A DNA stretch of 64,000 nt, taken from the IMG/VR virus record IMGVR_UViG_3300031576_000002, positions 124,001 through 188,000 of that record; one strand, given 5' to 3'. Positions 1 to 9,048 of this stretch are shown here, piece by piece (positions within the stretch are counted from its first letter, which is position 1; each line of letters starts with the position of its first letter). The position numbers and the translations under genes are program-made. Below the pieces are notes generated by a model, which worked only from the letters and a program-made list of their open reading frames with translations, was not told the DNA's origin and ran no database searches.

Positions 1-421
1 TGACCTGTTCGACCGCGGTCTTGAACGCCTCGGTCCGGCTCTTCACCTCTGAAGGAGACAGATCGTGACGCGGAACGTAAGCGGCTAGCACCTCTGGATC
101 GGTGTAGCCCAGCACATCCACTTGCACCTTGTTGATGGTACTGCCGCGCTCCGCGCTCTTCGCCAGATCGATTGCGATTTCGGTAGGGGTAAAGTCGCTG
201 AGCTGGTACGCCCTCTGCCCTTCCGGGTCTGCCTCGCGCCCTAGCACTTCAAGGTACGCATCCTTCACACGACGGATGCGCTCCTCTGAGCCTTTCAGGA
301 TCAGCGTGAGCTTGTCTTCGGGAGTCTCGGCGTAGTATTCGATCGCACCGGGATCCGGCTCTCGCCCAAGAATGGCGAGAAAGTATCGGCGAACCTTGCC
401 CGCTTGCTCGTTCGTTACCAC
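1..421 (-). CDS. DUF4214-like repeat protein, 5' part (runs off window start; absent from ORF track)
   Basis: Manual translation from GTG 421: MVTNEQAGKVRRYFLAILGREPDPGAIEYY...VKDAYLEVLGREADPEGQRAY. Two Y/F-x2-3-LGRE-x-DP-x-G repeats typical of DUF4214; no stop before base 1. Confidence 0.65.
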   Translation of the reverse strand, partial: MVTNEQAGKVRRYFLAILGREPDPGAIEYYAETPEDKLTLILKGSEERIRRVKDAYLEVLGREADPEGQRAYQLSDFTPTEIAIDLAKSAERGSTINKVQVDVLGYTDPEVLAAYVPRHDLSPSEVKSRTEAFKTAVEQV

Positions 422-738
422 GTTGAGTTCCCTTTCTGCTGCTCGACCCGAACCCGTTCAAGGAGTGCGTAAACGGATCCCGGATCCTCTCTAGCGAGTA
501 GGACGAGAACGGAGTGCAGAACCTCACGGATCTGCGCGATGTTGACACCATACTTCTTGCCTTCCAGTCTCGCAACTTCCAGAGCTAGATCAGTACGATC
601 AATTCGACGCGCTTCGAGTGAAAAGTAGTCAAGCCTCTGGCGAACCTGGATGAGGGAGTAGAGAACAACCCCAAACCCGCCAAGAGCGCAGGAAAGCATT
701 GCCAGAAAGACAACTACCTGTCCGGGCGTGAGCGTCAC
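415..738 (-). CDS. Small membrane-anchored hypothetical protein
   Basis: N-terminal hydrophobic helix VVVFLAMLSCALGGFGVVLYSLI; stop overlaps the next start. Confidence 0.6.
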   Translation of the reverse strand: MTLTPGQVVVFLAMLSCALGGFGVVLYSLIQVRQRLDYFSLEARRIDRTDLALEVARLEGKKYGVNIAQIREVLHSVLVLLAREDPGSVYALLERVRVEQQKGNSTW

Positions 739-771
739 CCCTCAAACGTAGCCTGCAACGAGGCTTGCGAA

Positions 772-1512
772 TCAGCCTTCGTTGCGGATGCAGGCCAGGA
801 AGGCTTTGGCGCTCTTTCGCCGCAGGAACTCGTCCGGGTCTTTTCCTTCGGGAAGGTCGATTCCGGCCACTTGGAGGGAGGCTCTTTCCAACTCGATCCG
901 CGCTTTCTTCGTCGCCGCCTGACCGGCTTTATCAGAGTCCAAGGCCAGGACCGCATTCTCCGTGTAGCGCGCTAAGACGATTCCGTGGAGCGGTGTCACC
1001 GCAGTTCCCATCGTAGCCACTACGTTTCGGATGCCTCGTAGATAGCAGCGGATCGCGTCAAAGTACCCCTCGACCAAAAACACACGGCCCTCTTCCCGAA
1101 TCGCGTCTTTGGCGTGGTGCAGGCCGTAGAGCAGCAGTTTCTTGGAAAAGATGGAGCTTGTGGGCGAGTTCCGGTACTTTGGCTCTTCGCTGCCTAGAGC
1201 CCTTCCTGAGAATCCGACAACTCGGCCGACTGCGTCTTGAATGGGAAAGACCAGCCTGCCCTGGATCAGCCTGCTCAGGTTGGGGTGGATTCTGTCGAGG
1301 GCGTAGCAGTGCTCGCCGTAGCCGATTCGGTAGGGAGCCAGCTCATCGAGATCGTACTCGCGTCCATCAAGGTACTGTCTCGCCGTCCTCCCCTGCTTCT
1401 GGCGCAGGGCTCTCTCCATGAACTGCGTCGCTATCTCGTGATCCCTCAGCAGCCTGTGATTCCGCTTGAGCGCTGGCGATCTCTGCAAGGCGTTTTCCGA
1501 TCGAATTGTCAA
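772..1512 (-). CDS. dnaG: DnaG-type DNA primase, catalytic core/TOPRIM only
   Basis: GRLVFPIQDAVGRVVGFSGRAL, PKYRNSP, FLVEGYFD, ATMGTA, ALDSDKAG, GKDPDEF; no CHC2 zinc finger and no helicase-binding domain. Confidence 0.92.
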   Translation of the reverse strand: MTIRSENALQRSPALKRNHRLLRDHEIATQFMERALRQKQGRTARQYLDGREYDLDELAPYRIGYGEHCYALDRIHPNLSRLIQGRLVFPIQDAVGRVVGFSGRALGSEEPKYRNSPTSSIFSKKLLLYGLHHAKDAIREEGRVFLVEGYFDAIRCYLRGIRNVVATMGTAVTPLHGIVLARYTENAVLALDSDKAGQAATKKARIELERASLQVAGIDLPEGKDPDEFLRRKSAKAFLACIRNEG

Positions 1513-1735
1513 GGTGTTCGCGGACCTGGTTCAGAATCGCTTCCCAGGACGTACCCACGATTCCGACTACGGTCGCGTTCCTGACTATGTGCATAATACC
1601 ATCCACCGGAATCCTTCCTCCCGTCTCTCCGACGAACCCGCCACAGAAGATAAAGGCTCCGCCCAGTTTGCTCCCTTTGGGGTAGTGGCCCTGTACCAGG
1701 TCATCCACTGTGACTGTCCATGCGCGCTCTTCCAA
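1367..1735 (-). CDS. Hypothetical protein (3' tail overlaps primase 5' end)
   Basis: 122-aa ORF coupled to the upstream kinase stop; 146-nt overlap with the primase ORF. Confidence 0.5.
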   Translation of the reverse strand: MEERAWTVTVDDLVQGHYPKGSKLGGAFIFCGGFVGETGGRIPVDGIMHIVRNATVVGIVGTSWEAILNQVREHLDNSIGKRLAEIASAQAESQAAEGSRDSDAVHGESPAPEAGEDGETVP

Positions 1736-2339
1736 GCTGTTCTCCTCGGTAGGCTTTCAACCAGGTTTCTGGGTCTTGAACAGGAATACCTTCTTCTACT
1801 AGGGGAACTTCATAAGAATCTGCCAGCGCGCGAATCCGTTTTTCTCCCAGAGCCTTTTTTCGACGGTACAGGCTCTTCTCCAGCGTTACCTTGAATTCAA
1901 TCACACTCAGGGTAACAGCGGAGGGAAGAAGCTGCCGCAGGCCCTCTAGCTCTTTGCGCCAGTGCTCTCGTATGGACTGGGTCAGGTTGTAGTCGTCGAG
2001 GTAGACCGAAAACCCACTCCAGAGGGCTCCTCTGAAAATAGCTTCTGCTGCGATCTGAATAAGGTCGTCCTGCGCAGGACTCGACGCGGAAGACATCATC
2101 TCGCGCAAGTCTGCTGGACTGACACGGATCCACCCCGGTTCGGCAGATAGACAGTCTTGCCAAAAGACTGTCTTGCCAGAGCCGGGCAAACCTACGGCGA
2201 GAACGACATGGATTGGTGCTTCGTGCGCCGCATACACAACCCCCATAGTACACCCCGTTCTCGTCCACGATTCTTCCTCGATGAAGATAGGCAGGGTTAG
2301 ACGACCTAGTTGTGGTACCACAACTAGGTAGCATAACAC
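1701..2339 (-). CDS. AAA_33 / polynucleotide-kinase-like P-loop kinase
   Basis: VLAVGLPGSGKT Walker A, RVSPADLREMM, VYLDDYNLTQSIR. True start may be the downstream MGVVY. Confidence 0.8.
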   Translation of the reverse strand: MLCYLVVVPQLGRLTLPIFIEEESWTRTGCTMGVVYAAHEAPIHVVLAVGLPGSGKTVFWQDCLSAEPGWIRVSPADLREMMSSASSPAQDDLIQIAAEAIFRGALWSGFSVYLDDYNLTQSIREHWRKELEGLRQLLPSAVTLSVIEFKVTLEKSLYRRKKALGEKRIRALADSYEVPLVEEGIPVQDPETWLKAYRGEQLGRARMDSHSG

Positions 2340-2342
2340 GAC

Positions 2343-3101
2343 CTATCCTGTGCGCCGCTTCCTGTCCACAAGCGTGGCGCTTCTACGCTCTAGGTTCAGG
2401 TCGGCTTTGATGAGATTCCAGCCCCGTCCTTTCGGATCTTTCGGGTCTTGGGCCAGATGCTCTGCCCCTACATCCCCGCAAAAGCCATAACGGAATCCTG
2501 CTCTACGCATGTCGTGGCCGAAAAAAGCGTCGGAGAAGCCCTCGTACAAGCTCTCATCAAACCGGAACTCGATCAACTCCAAGACCTCCCGCTGGACGAG
2601 GGACAGCCCCATAAGCCAGAAGGGATCTTCGGGTCGTGCTCGAAACGCTGCCTCATCGAACTCGTCATAATAATACCCCTGAGCCGCATGCAACTGATTT
2701 TCGGAAAGGTATTGGCTGAGACGGATGAGCGCATCAGGCGGTGGTAGGACATCGGCTTCTACGCTTAGCCAGTAGTCAAATCCGCCTGTAAGTACCCGCT
2801 GCCGGATTCGATTCTGACTCGCAGCGATTCGTGCGTGAATGGGAAAGCGGGGGTGGGAGACTACACAACGCTCAATGTGAAAATCGGACAGGCTGGTTAG
2901 ACGGCGATTGTAGAAATCCTCGCTAGGCGTGTTGTCAACCAGAACTAGCTCGACCTCAAACTGTGACTTGGAAAATTCTCGAAGCTCTCGGAGCGAGGTA
3001 ACGTAGCGCTCCAGTGCGTACTCCTTGCACGCATGGATTGGAGCACCTGCTACTACTTTGAAGCTAGGCAAGCGGAAGATCACCGTTAAGAAGTCGTGCA
3101 A
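2343..3101 (-). CDS. GT-A fold glycosyltransferase (GT2-like)
   Basis: LVLVDNT, ASQNRIRQRVL..GFDYWLSVEADV, MGLSLVQREVLE, SDAFF. Confidence 0.75.
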   Translation of the reverse strand: MHDFLTVIFRLPSFKVVAGAPIHACKEYALERYVTSLRELREFSKSQFEVELVLVDNTPSEDFYNRRLTSLSDFHIERCVVSHPRFPIHARIAASQNRIRQRVLTGGFDYWLSVEADVLPPPDALIRLSQYLSENQLHAAQGYYYDEFDEAAFRARPEDPFWLMGLSLVQREVLELIEFRFDESLYEGFSDAFFGHDMRRAGFRYGFCGDVGAEHLAQDPKDPKGRGWNLIKADLNLERRSATLVDRKRRTG

Positions 3102-4113
3102 AAGTGTTTTCGTACAGAGGCTTCAGTCTTTCCCACGAGATAGAGTCGGCGTAGCGGTCAGACTGTGCAGAGAGCGCAGCTACCAATCCCGGCTCTTTGT
3201 AAAGCTCGACGATCTTTCTCGCGATCAACTGCGGCGTAGTCTCGTACACGTCCACCGATGTGCGTGCTACGAAGCTCTTACTCTTTCTCGCGGGCAGGAG
3301 CGCCCTTCCCGGCAAGTAGCGAATCTGTGGATCAATCGCAGGTGCGATAACAGGCATCCCACAGGAAGCTGCTTCTGCCATGGCTAGGCACAAGCCTCCA
3401 AACTTTCTCGGCATGATGAACACATCCTCTTGATTATACAACTTCCAGTATTCGTCTACGCTGGCATGAATCATTTCGATTCGGGCAGGACACGGATTGT
3501 CAAAACGTGCTTGTGTCCGAAGGCGTAAGCAAACGTCAACACCTGAAGGAAGTAGACGCATAGCTTCTAGCAAAAGCCCGGTACCATTCCGGTCGTGGAT
3601 TGCGGGAATTCCTGCAATGTGCAGGATCGTTCGTAATTGCTCCCTCTTCTGAAAAGGCAGCACGTCTCTACTCACAGGAACGGGCAGAAAGACTTTGTTC
3701 CGGAAAGGTACGTCTTCCCACCGCCACAGAGAGGGGGCTGCAAACAAGTCTGGCGCAGGGAGAGAGGAATCCGCCAGGTTGTCCAGAAATTCATAGTTAT
3801 ACTGAAGCACTGTCTTTACGCCACGCTCGCGGGCACGCACATAGAGCCAGAAGTTGTACGGAGTCTCGCACGTAAAGACTATGTCAAGCCCGACTAAGAA
3901 ATTGTCAAGTACAGGATCATTATCGACACGGTTAGCGGGGTAACAGGACTTGTATATCTCTGCACCAGGGTACATAGCAGGGTTAAAGACTAGACCTGGA
4001 TTCCAAGCAGGCTGGATTACAAGCGTCTTGTGCGGACGCATGTGTCTCCAAAATTCAAAGGTCTGTACTGCTAGACCCGTTTTGTCTGCACGCACGATAA
4101 GACCAATTTTCAA
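3064..4113 (-). CDS. GT-B fold glycosyltransferase (GT4-like)
   Basis: ILHIAG..RNGTGLLLEAM, DVFIMPRKFGGLCLAMAEAASCGMPVI. Confidence 0.85.
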   Translation of the reverse strand: MKIGLIVRADKTGLAVQTFEFWRHMRPHKTLVIQPAWNPGLVFNPAMYPGAEIYKSCYPANRVDNDPVLDNFLVGLDIVFTCETPYNFWLYVRARERGVKTVLQYNYEFLDNLADSSLPAPDLFAAPSLWRWEDVPFRNKVFLPVPVSRDVLPFQKREQLRTILHIAGIPAIHDRNGTGLLLEAMRLLPSGVDVCLRLRTQARFDNPCPARIEMIHASVDEYWKLYNQEDVFIMPRKFGGLCLAMAEAASCGMPVIAPAIDPQIRYLPGRALLPARKSKSFVARTSVDVYETTPQLIARKIVELYKEPGLVAALSAQSDRYADSISWERLKPLYENTFARLLNGDLPLA

Positions 4114-5831
4114 GGTATGTCCGCCGGAGGAGCACCAAGTGGAACTGGACCGTCGTAAGAATTGATTTGCGGAAGAGGCGGATCTGTCTCACGCCCGTCA
4201 AGATGAAAGCTCCGACGAATACTACCTGGCGGGGTATATACCCATGTCCCCCATTTCAACCAGTTAGACACTGAACCTTGAATGCTTCGCGCTACTACCC
4301 CGTACATAACATTCTCGATCATAGCGCGCGCACGAACTCCAAAATGGTTATGGATAATCCATCGATACCATTCCGTCTTGGCGATGTGAGGCTGCTGGCT
4401 CCACTGAATCGCTCGGATCATCGGCAGTCCATCCACATCGCGCGGATCCTTGTCAAGGTACATGTGAAGGCGATAAGGCGAAATCTCGTGCTCCCAGTTG
4501 AAACAAACGTAATTGACATCAGAACGGTTTTGCACGACGTCGCACACCTTCGTAAAAGGTATCTCTCCGAACGGGTGAAAATCGTGCTCGACGAAATAGA
4601 TCAACGGGGTTCTGACCAACGTAAGCGCGTAGCGGGTCATATTGGCTTGGTGCGTATGCCGGTCGAACACGAGTGGCAAACACCCATGAAACGCCGGATC
4701 CCAGTTGCACAGGTCAATTAGACGGCGAGTGTACTCTGCGTAATCAGCCGCTCGACTCTGATGTTCCTCCCGGACACCGTCGAGCATAATGATAATTTCG
4801 CACTCGGCGATTTCTGGGTAGGTCCGAATCTGGCGAATGGCTTCTGCAATCTTGTCCGTACTAGGGTGTGAAGGTATTGGGCTTGACGGCATAAGAATTG
4901 TGACACGATCGCGCAAGTCGTCCCGCACAGGACGCCCAGCAAATCGGGTAATGTCGTCACTAAGGCTCCAAGCCATCTGACGCTTCTTCCCGATCCACCA
5001 AGCAGCCGATCGATTGATAATATGCTGACTGCCAACTACGGAGTTAAGAACTTCGGGAAGCTCGGACCAATGATCTACGACGGGATAAGGGGGCTGCTCC
5101 CCCCATAAAAACTGCCAGTAGTCTTGCTCCTTCGACCAGGTCGGCATGCGTCGGTCACAAATGGGAAGAGCCCCCGCTTCGAGTGCTTCGTACACTCGAA
5201 ACGAATCGGGGCTGTCTGAACCCGCAGGACACAGTACAGTCTGAGATCGGAGCAAAATATCAACGTACTCCTGGTATGGATAGCCAGATGCAAATCCTTT
5301 GTTACTCACAAAGAGGTGTCCAGGGCGCGTAAGAGCTTGCGCCTGCCGGACACACTCACGCCGAAATTCATGCTGGACTTGTCCCGCAAAAGACCACACA
5401 TAGTCACGGGCTCGCGACACGGAACGCGCGACTTGAAGCGTAGAGCGCGTATCGCAGCGAAAGCCTGTGGGCAAGCGAAGGGGAATCAGGTCATGCACTC
5501 CAGGGCACGGGTACTGTACCCACGTACTACGATTGGCTCCGGTCGGAAGTACCTGCCACTGAAAGCCGTGCCCTTCGTCGCTGGTCAGAATACATACGCT
5601 CCACGGGTACGAATTCAGATGTTCAACTATTGTGCTCGCCTGCTCTCGGTACGCGCCCCCGCACACTACCAGTACAGACCCTTCTCCTGGATGATCCCGG
5701 GTCAACCGTTCGTCAAAATCTCGCGGCACAAGTCCGGCACCGTACAGGGTGCCATTTAGGAATTCAGCGACAATGCCGTGATCCCACATTCCCTTCGTTC
5801 CCTGATACCACAAAACCGGGATTCTGTTCAT
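4110..5831 (-). CDS. Exostosin/GT47-like domain fused to a GT-A-like domain
   Basis: RDYVWSFAGQ, YVDILLRSQTVLCPAGSDSPDSFRVYEALEAGALPI; second domain IIIMLDGVR...LIYFVEHDF. Confidence 0.75.
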   Translation of the reverse strand: MNRIPVLWYQGTKGMWDHGIVAEFLNGTLYGAGLVPRDFDERLTRDHPGEGSVLVVCGGAYREQASTIVEHLNSYPWSVCILTSDEGHGFQWQVLPTGANRSTWVQYPCPGVHDLIPLRLPTGFRCDTRSTLQVARSVSRARDYVWSFAGQVQHEFRRECVRQAQALTRPGHLFVSNKGFASGYPYQEYVDILLRSQTVLCPAGSDSPDSFRVYEALEAGALPICDRRMPTWSKEQDYWQFLWGEQPPYPVVDHWSELPEVLNSVVGSQHIINRSAAWWIGKKRQMAWSLSDDITRFAGRPVRDDLRDRVTILMPSSPIPSHPSTDKIAEAIRQIRTYPEIAECEIIIMLDGVREEHQSRAADYAEYTRRLIDLCNWDPAFHGCLPLVFDRHTHQANMTRYALTLVRTPLIYFVEHDFHPFGEIPFTKVCDVVQNRSDVNYVCFNWEHEISPYRLHMYLDKDPRDVDGLPMIRAIQWSQQPHIAKTEWYRWIIHNHFGVRARAMIENVMYGVVARSIQGSVSNWLKWGTWVYTPPGSIRRSFHLDGRETDPPLPQINSYDGPVPLGAPPADIP

Positions 5832-6463
5832 GGCACCGCCCTATGAGCAAACATGATACTTTTGTAAAAATGCACGCTATCCAGCGACTGCCGAAAGACA
5901 GAACAATCAGAAAAACCCGCCACCCGACGAACGTCGCCCACGCCAACCACGTCATCGCCGCGGAGATTCACGTCATCCACCAACCTCTTGAAAACGTCAA
6001 GCGCTGTGTCTGGTTTCATGTCCCGCCAAGGTCCAACTTCGGTGATGTACGAAGTGTGAAGATCTTCTACCGCGTAGATACCGTTCGGGTTGAGCCGCGG
6101 AAACAAATGGTAGAAAGATGCGACCTGGTGACTGTTGATGTGACTGCCATCGTCAATAATTATGTCAATGCCCAAGTCAGTAATTCGATTTCTCAGGTCG
6201 GCGTCAGTCTCGTCCCCGTAAAAGACATGGATCCGATCTTCGTCAAAAACCCACTCCGGGTTAGCCTCTAGCCCGTAAATCTGGGCATACGGAAAATAGT
6301 CCCGCCACATTCGTAGACTGCCGCCCTTAAAGACTCCGATTTCCAGCAGCTTGAGTGCCTCTTTACGGCGAGGCTCAAAGTGCTGCTCGTAGCGCCGTGT
6401 ATAGTTGTGCGTGTAGCTGCTCTTGTCCACTTGATAGTGGATTGCTAACTCGTCGAGATTCAT
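5828..6463 (-). CDS. Class I SAM-dependent (sugar O-)methyltransferase
   Basis: DKSSYTHNY, LLEIGVFKGGSLRMWRDYFP, DIIIDDGSH, GIYAVEDL. Confidence 0.88.
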   Translation of the reverse strand: MNLDELAIHYQVDKSSYTHNYTRRYEQHFEPRRKEALKLLEIGVFKGGSLRMWRDYFPYAQIYGLEANPEWVFDEDRIHVFYGDETDADLRNRITDLGIDIIIDDGSHINSHQVASFYHLFPRLNPNGIYAVEDLHTSYITEVGPWRDMKPDTALDVFKRLVDDVNLRGDDVVGVGDVRRVAGFSDCSVFRQSLDSVHFYKSIMFAHRAVP

Positions 6464-7155
6464 ATTCCATACCGTTGTCGCAAGACTTCGACGGAATTAG
6501 GCTCCCAGTAGTCAATCGGGACATTCATTCCAAACGGGGTTTCGTACACTTCTTGGTGAGTCTCTCCTCCCCATTTTCTCCGGTAGTAGTCGGCACATGC
6601 GCCATAGTTCACCTTTACTCCACTCTTCATCGCGTGAGCATCGGTTTGGCAAGAAGCATTTACTTCGATTTTCGGCAGCATAAACTCGCAGCCTGCTCGG
6701 TGCGGATGGAGCTTTTGAATGTGCGCGCGACGCATGAAGTCTGTATCTTCAAAGTACGCAGGGTAGAAGTTCTCGTCAAAGAACCCTACCCGCTTGACCA
6801 TCTCACGCCCAATCCCTACTAGGTGCCAAGCCTGATTCGTGAGCAGCCCGAACGTGTTTGCGTGGTACTCCTGGAGTCGGACGACCTGGCTGAAGCCCAT
6901 GTTAAAAATGAGAGACGCGGATACTAGCCAGGTAATGTCTCGATCTTCACGAAGCCCGATGTTCCAGCTACGGCCTACTCCTAGATTTTCAGGGTAGGAG
7001 CGAACCTGGATGCCGCGAGCATGGTACTTGGCAGCAAATCCACTAGGACTGTTGTCAACCACGAGAACATTATCCGTTGGAATATCTAGCGTTTCCACAC
7101 AGCGATCGGTCACACTTTCTACAATGGCTGGAATGACAACAAGGTAGGTCCGCAT
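6460..7155 (-). CDS. GT2 family glycosyltransferase
   Basis: LVVDNS, ENLGVGRSWNIG, VGFFDENFYPAYFEDTDF. Confidence 0.85.
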   Translation of the reverse strand: MRTYLVVIPAIVESVTDRCVETLDIPTDNVLVVDNSPSGFAAKYHARGIQVRSYPENLGVGRSWNIGLREDRDITWLVSASLIFNMGFSQVVRLQEYHANTFGLLTNQAWHLVGIGREMVKRVGFFDENFYPAYFEDTDFMRRAHIQKLHPHRAGCEFMLPKIEVNASCQTDAHAMKSGVKVNYGACADYYRRKWGGETHQEVYETPFGMNVPIDYWEPNSVEVLRQRYGI

Positions 7156-7160
7156 GACTG

Positions 7161-7769
7161 TTACAACACCTCAAGAAGAGTGATACCACGTGGAGTCGGC
7201 AGGCGGAGTAGGTTCACGTCTCGCAACTCGGCAATCTTACCGTGCAAGTCTTTCCCATCCGGAAAGTGCGCGCCGGCTCCATGTAGCGGAGCCGTATCGT
7301 GAAAACAGGCGATGCTCCCCCTTCGCATAAAGGGCCGGTACCGCTCGAACTCGGGGACGCGCAGATGAAACGCAGAATCTGAAAAGAGTAGATCAACTTG
7401 CCCTGTAGGATTGTAGTCCATTGAACTTTGGACTACCACCTTGACAGGTAATCCGTGGCAACGGCCCGCGGCGTACCCCGCCCGAAAAGGATCGATCTCC
7501 AGTGCTACGCACTGTCCATGTGAATTTCTGGTAAGCGCTAGCCCGATCTCGCGGGTCGTCTGCCCCCAGGCAGCTCCTGCCTCGACACACAAGGCTGGCT
7601 GAAGTACCCGTACCAACCCCCCTATGAACTCGCTAACCTCCAATTCCGTAGAATCGGAATCAGTCGAGTGCCAGTTCTCAGGAAGGGGGCAAAGCAGCGA
7701 AGGCGCTGTAAAGCGCCGCTCCGAGGCCAGCTCTTGCGGAAAATACGGATCGTCGCTACTCATGTTCAA
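7161..7769 (-). CDS. Class I SAM methyltransferase (Methyltransf_24-like)
   Basis: CVEAGAAWG, VALEIDP, VDLLFSDS, IACFHDT. Confidence 0.75.
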   Translation of the reverse strand: MNMSSDDPYFPQELASERRFTAPSLLCPLPENWHSTDSDSTELEVSEFIGGLVRVLQPALCVEAGAAWGQTTREIGLALTRNSHGQCVALEIDPFRAGYAAGRCHGLPVKVVVQSSMDYNPTGQVDLLFSDSAFHLRVPEFERYRPFMRRGSIACFHDTAPLHGAGAHFPDGKDLHGKIAELRDVNLLRLPTPRGITLLEVL

Positions 7770-8275
7770 AATTCCTTCCTTACGGCCTCAAAGAGAGACT
7801 GCTCTTGCCACACCCCAAACTCCACAGCTTTCAGGTCCGTATCGTCAAACACAACATCTAATTCCGCGCGCGTCATGTGACTGACCCATCCGTTTTTTAC
7901 ACGGTCTTCAATGTTTCCGGACGCCACGGCGTACGAAAGCAAAATTCGAGGCGCCCACTTCGCGACTGTAGCAAGTGCATGCCGCGGACCGTATAAATAC
8001 TCCAGAATTCCGCTCATCACGGCAGTGTCCGCCTTGAGGCAAGGGGGCGACCCTCTGCTATCAAAATCGTAAAAAATGGGAGAAGTCTCCACACAGTCCA
8101 GAGGAAGGTACAGGCAGTCGGGACTGATTAGCCCCCGCAAGGCGCGACTTCCTGCACCTACATCGATTACGACCTCCCCCGGAACTATCCGAGCGGCCAT
8201 AATTTTTAAGCGCTCTTCCCACGGCGAAAAGTCTTGTTCGGCAAGGCGTTCCCAACGAGTACGGTCGGTCATCAC
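7766..8275 (-). CDS. Class I SAM-dependent methyltransferase
   Basis: VIDVGAGS, YLPLD, DTAVMSGILEYL. Confidence 0.75.
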   Translation of the reverse strand: MMTDRTRWERLAEQDFSPWEERLKIMAARIVPGEVVIDVGAGSRALRGLISPDCLYLPLDCVETSPIFYDFDSRGSPPCLKADTAVMSGILEYLYGPRHALATVAKWAPRILLSYAVASGNIEDRVKNGWVSHMTRAELDVVFDDTDLKAVEFGVWQEQSLFEAVRKEF

Positions 8276-9048
8276 AGATCTCGAAGTTCCGCAGGAAATG
8301 CTGCTAAGAGCCCATCCCGAATACTGCTAACGGCAGCCCTTTCCCTGGTGCGCGTCTGAACTACCAAAGACTCAGTAGAACTGTCCTCTGCCACCACTAT
8401 AGGGGTTGGAACTTCATCTTGGTACAGACTGCTGTAATCGTGAAACTTGAAAGTCCCTCCGGAGAGTTTGTCTGATAGTTTTGTCCAGCCATTTCTTACC
8501 CCGTAAGCGTCCGCTACGATAAGCCCGTGAAGACTGGAGGATAATACTGCTTGAGAGCTTTGAATGTCCCGCAAGACTTGTAGAACAGGCTGGCATGGAT
8601 CGATCACATGCACGTCCGGATTCCGCCGCAAAAACTTACAAAGTTCATCATCATTCATGTCTACATAGTGAGGCAAGATAGAAAGTTCGTACTTCACGCA
8701 CTGATCCCATGAGGTTGGGATTAGGTTTGCCAAAAGCGCAGGATCTCCGAGGGCGCTCGGGGTGGCCTGCGGAATGCGGCAACGGGTAAGTAGTCCTCGC
8801 ACGGCTCGCACTTTTGCATCTGACAGGCTGATTGCGCTCTCCTCGAACATAGCCCCTGTTCCCCATACGAACTGGGAGTAGGAAACGGGGATCTCAGACA
8901 AAATGCTACCCACCGAAATCAAGTCGGCCTCTTCCATCGTGTGCGCACGCTCGACGACTACTCCCAGGACTTCCTGCAAGATGAAAGGTGTCAGCTCGTC
9001 CCCGAAGTTACCATGTCGGTAGCCGCAGGTGCGCCAGTAGGCTTTCAA
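8272..9048 (-). CDS. Polysaccharide pyruvyltransferase family protein
   Basis: NFGDEL, VGSIL, VWGTG, AVRGLLT, LGDPALL, ILPHY, SSSLHGLIVADAYG. Confidence 0.9.
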   Translation of the reverse strand: MKAYWRTCGYRHGNFGDELTPFILQEVLGVVVERAHTMEEADLISVGSILSEIPVSYSQFVWGTGAMFEESAISLSDAKVRAVRGLLTRCRIPQATPSALGDPALLANLIPTSWDQCVKYELSILPHYVDMNDDELCKFLRRNPDVHVIDPCQPVLQVLRDIQSSQAVLSSSLHGLIVADAYGVRNGWTKLSDKLSGGTFKFHDYSSLYQDEVPTPIVVAEDSSTESLVVQTRTRERAAVSSIRDGLLAAFPAELRDL

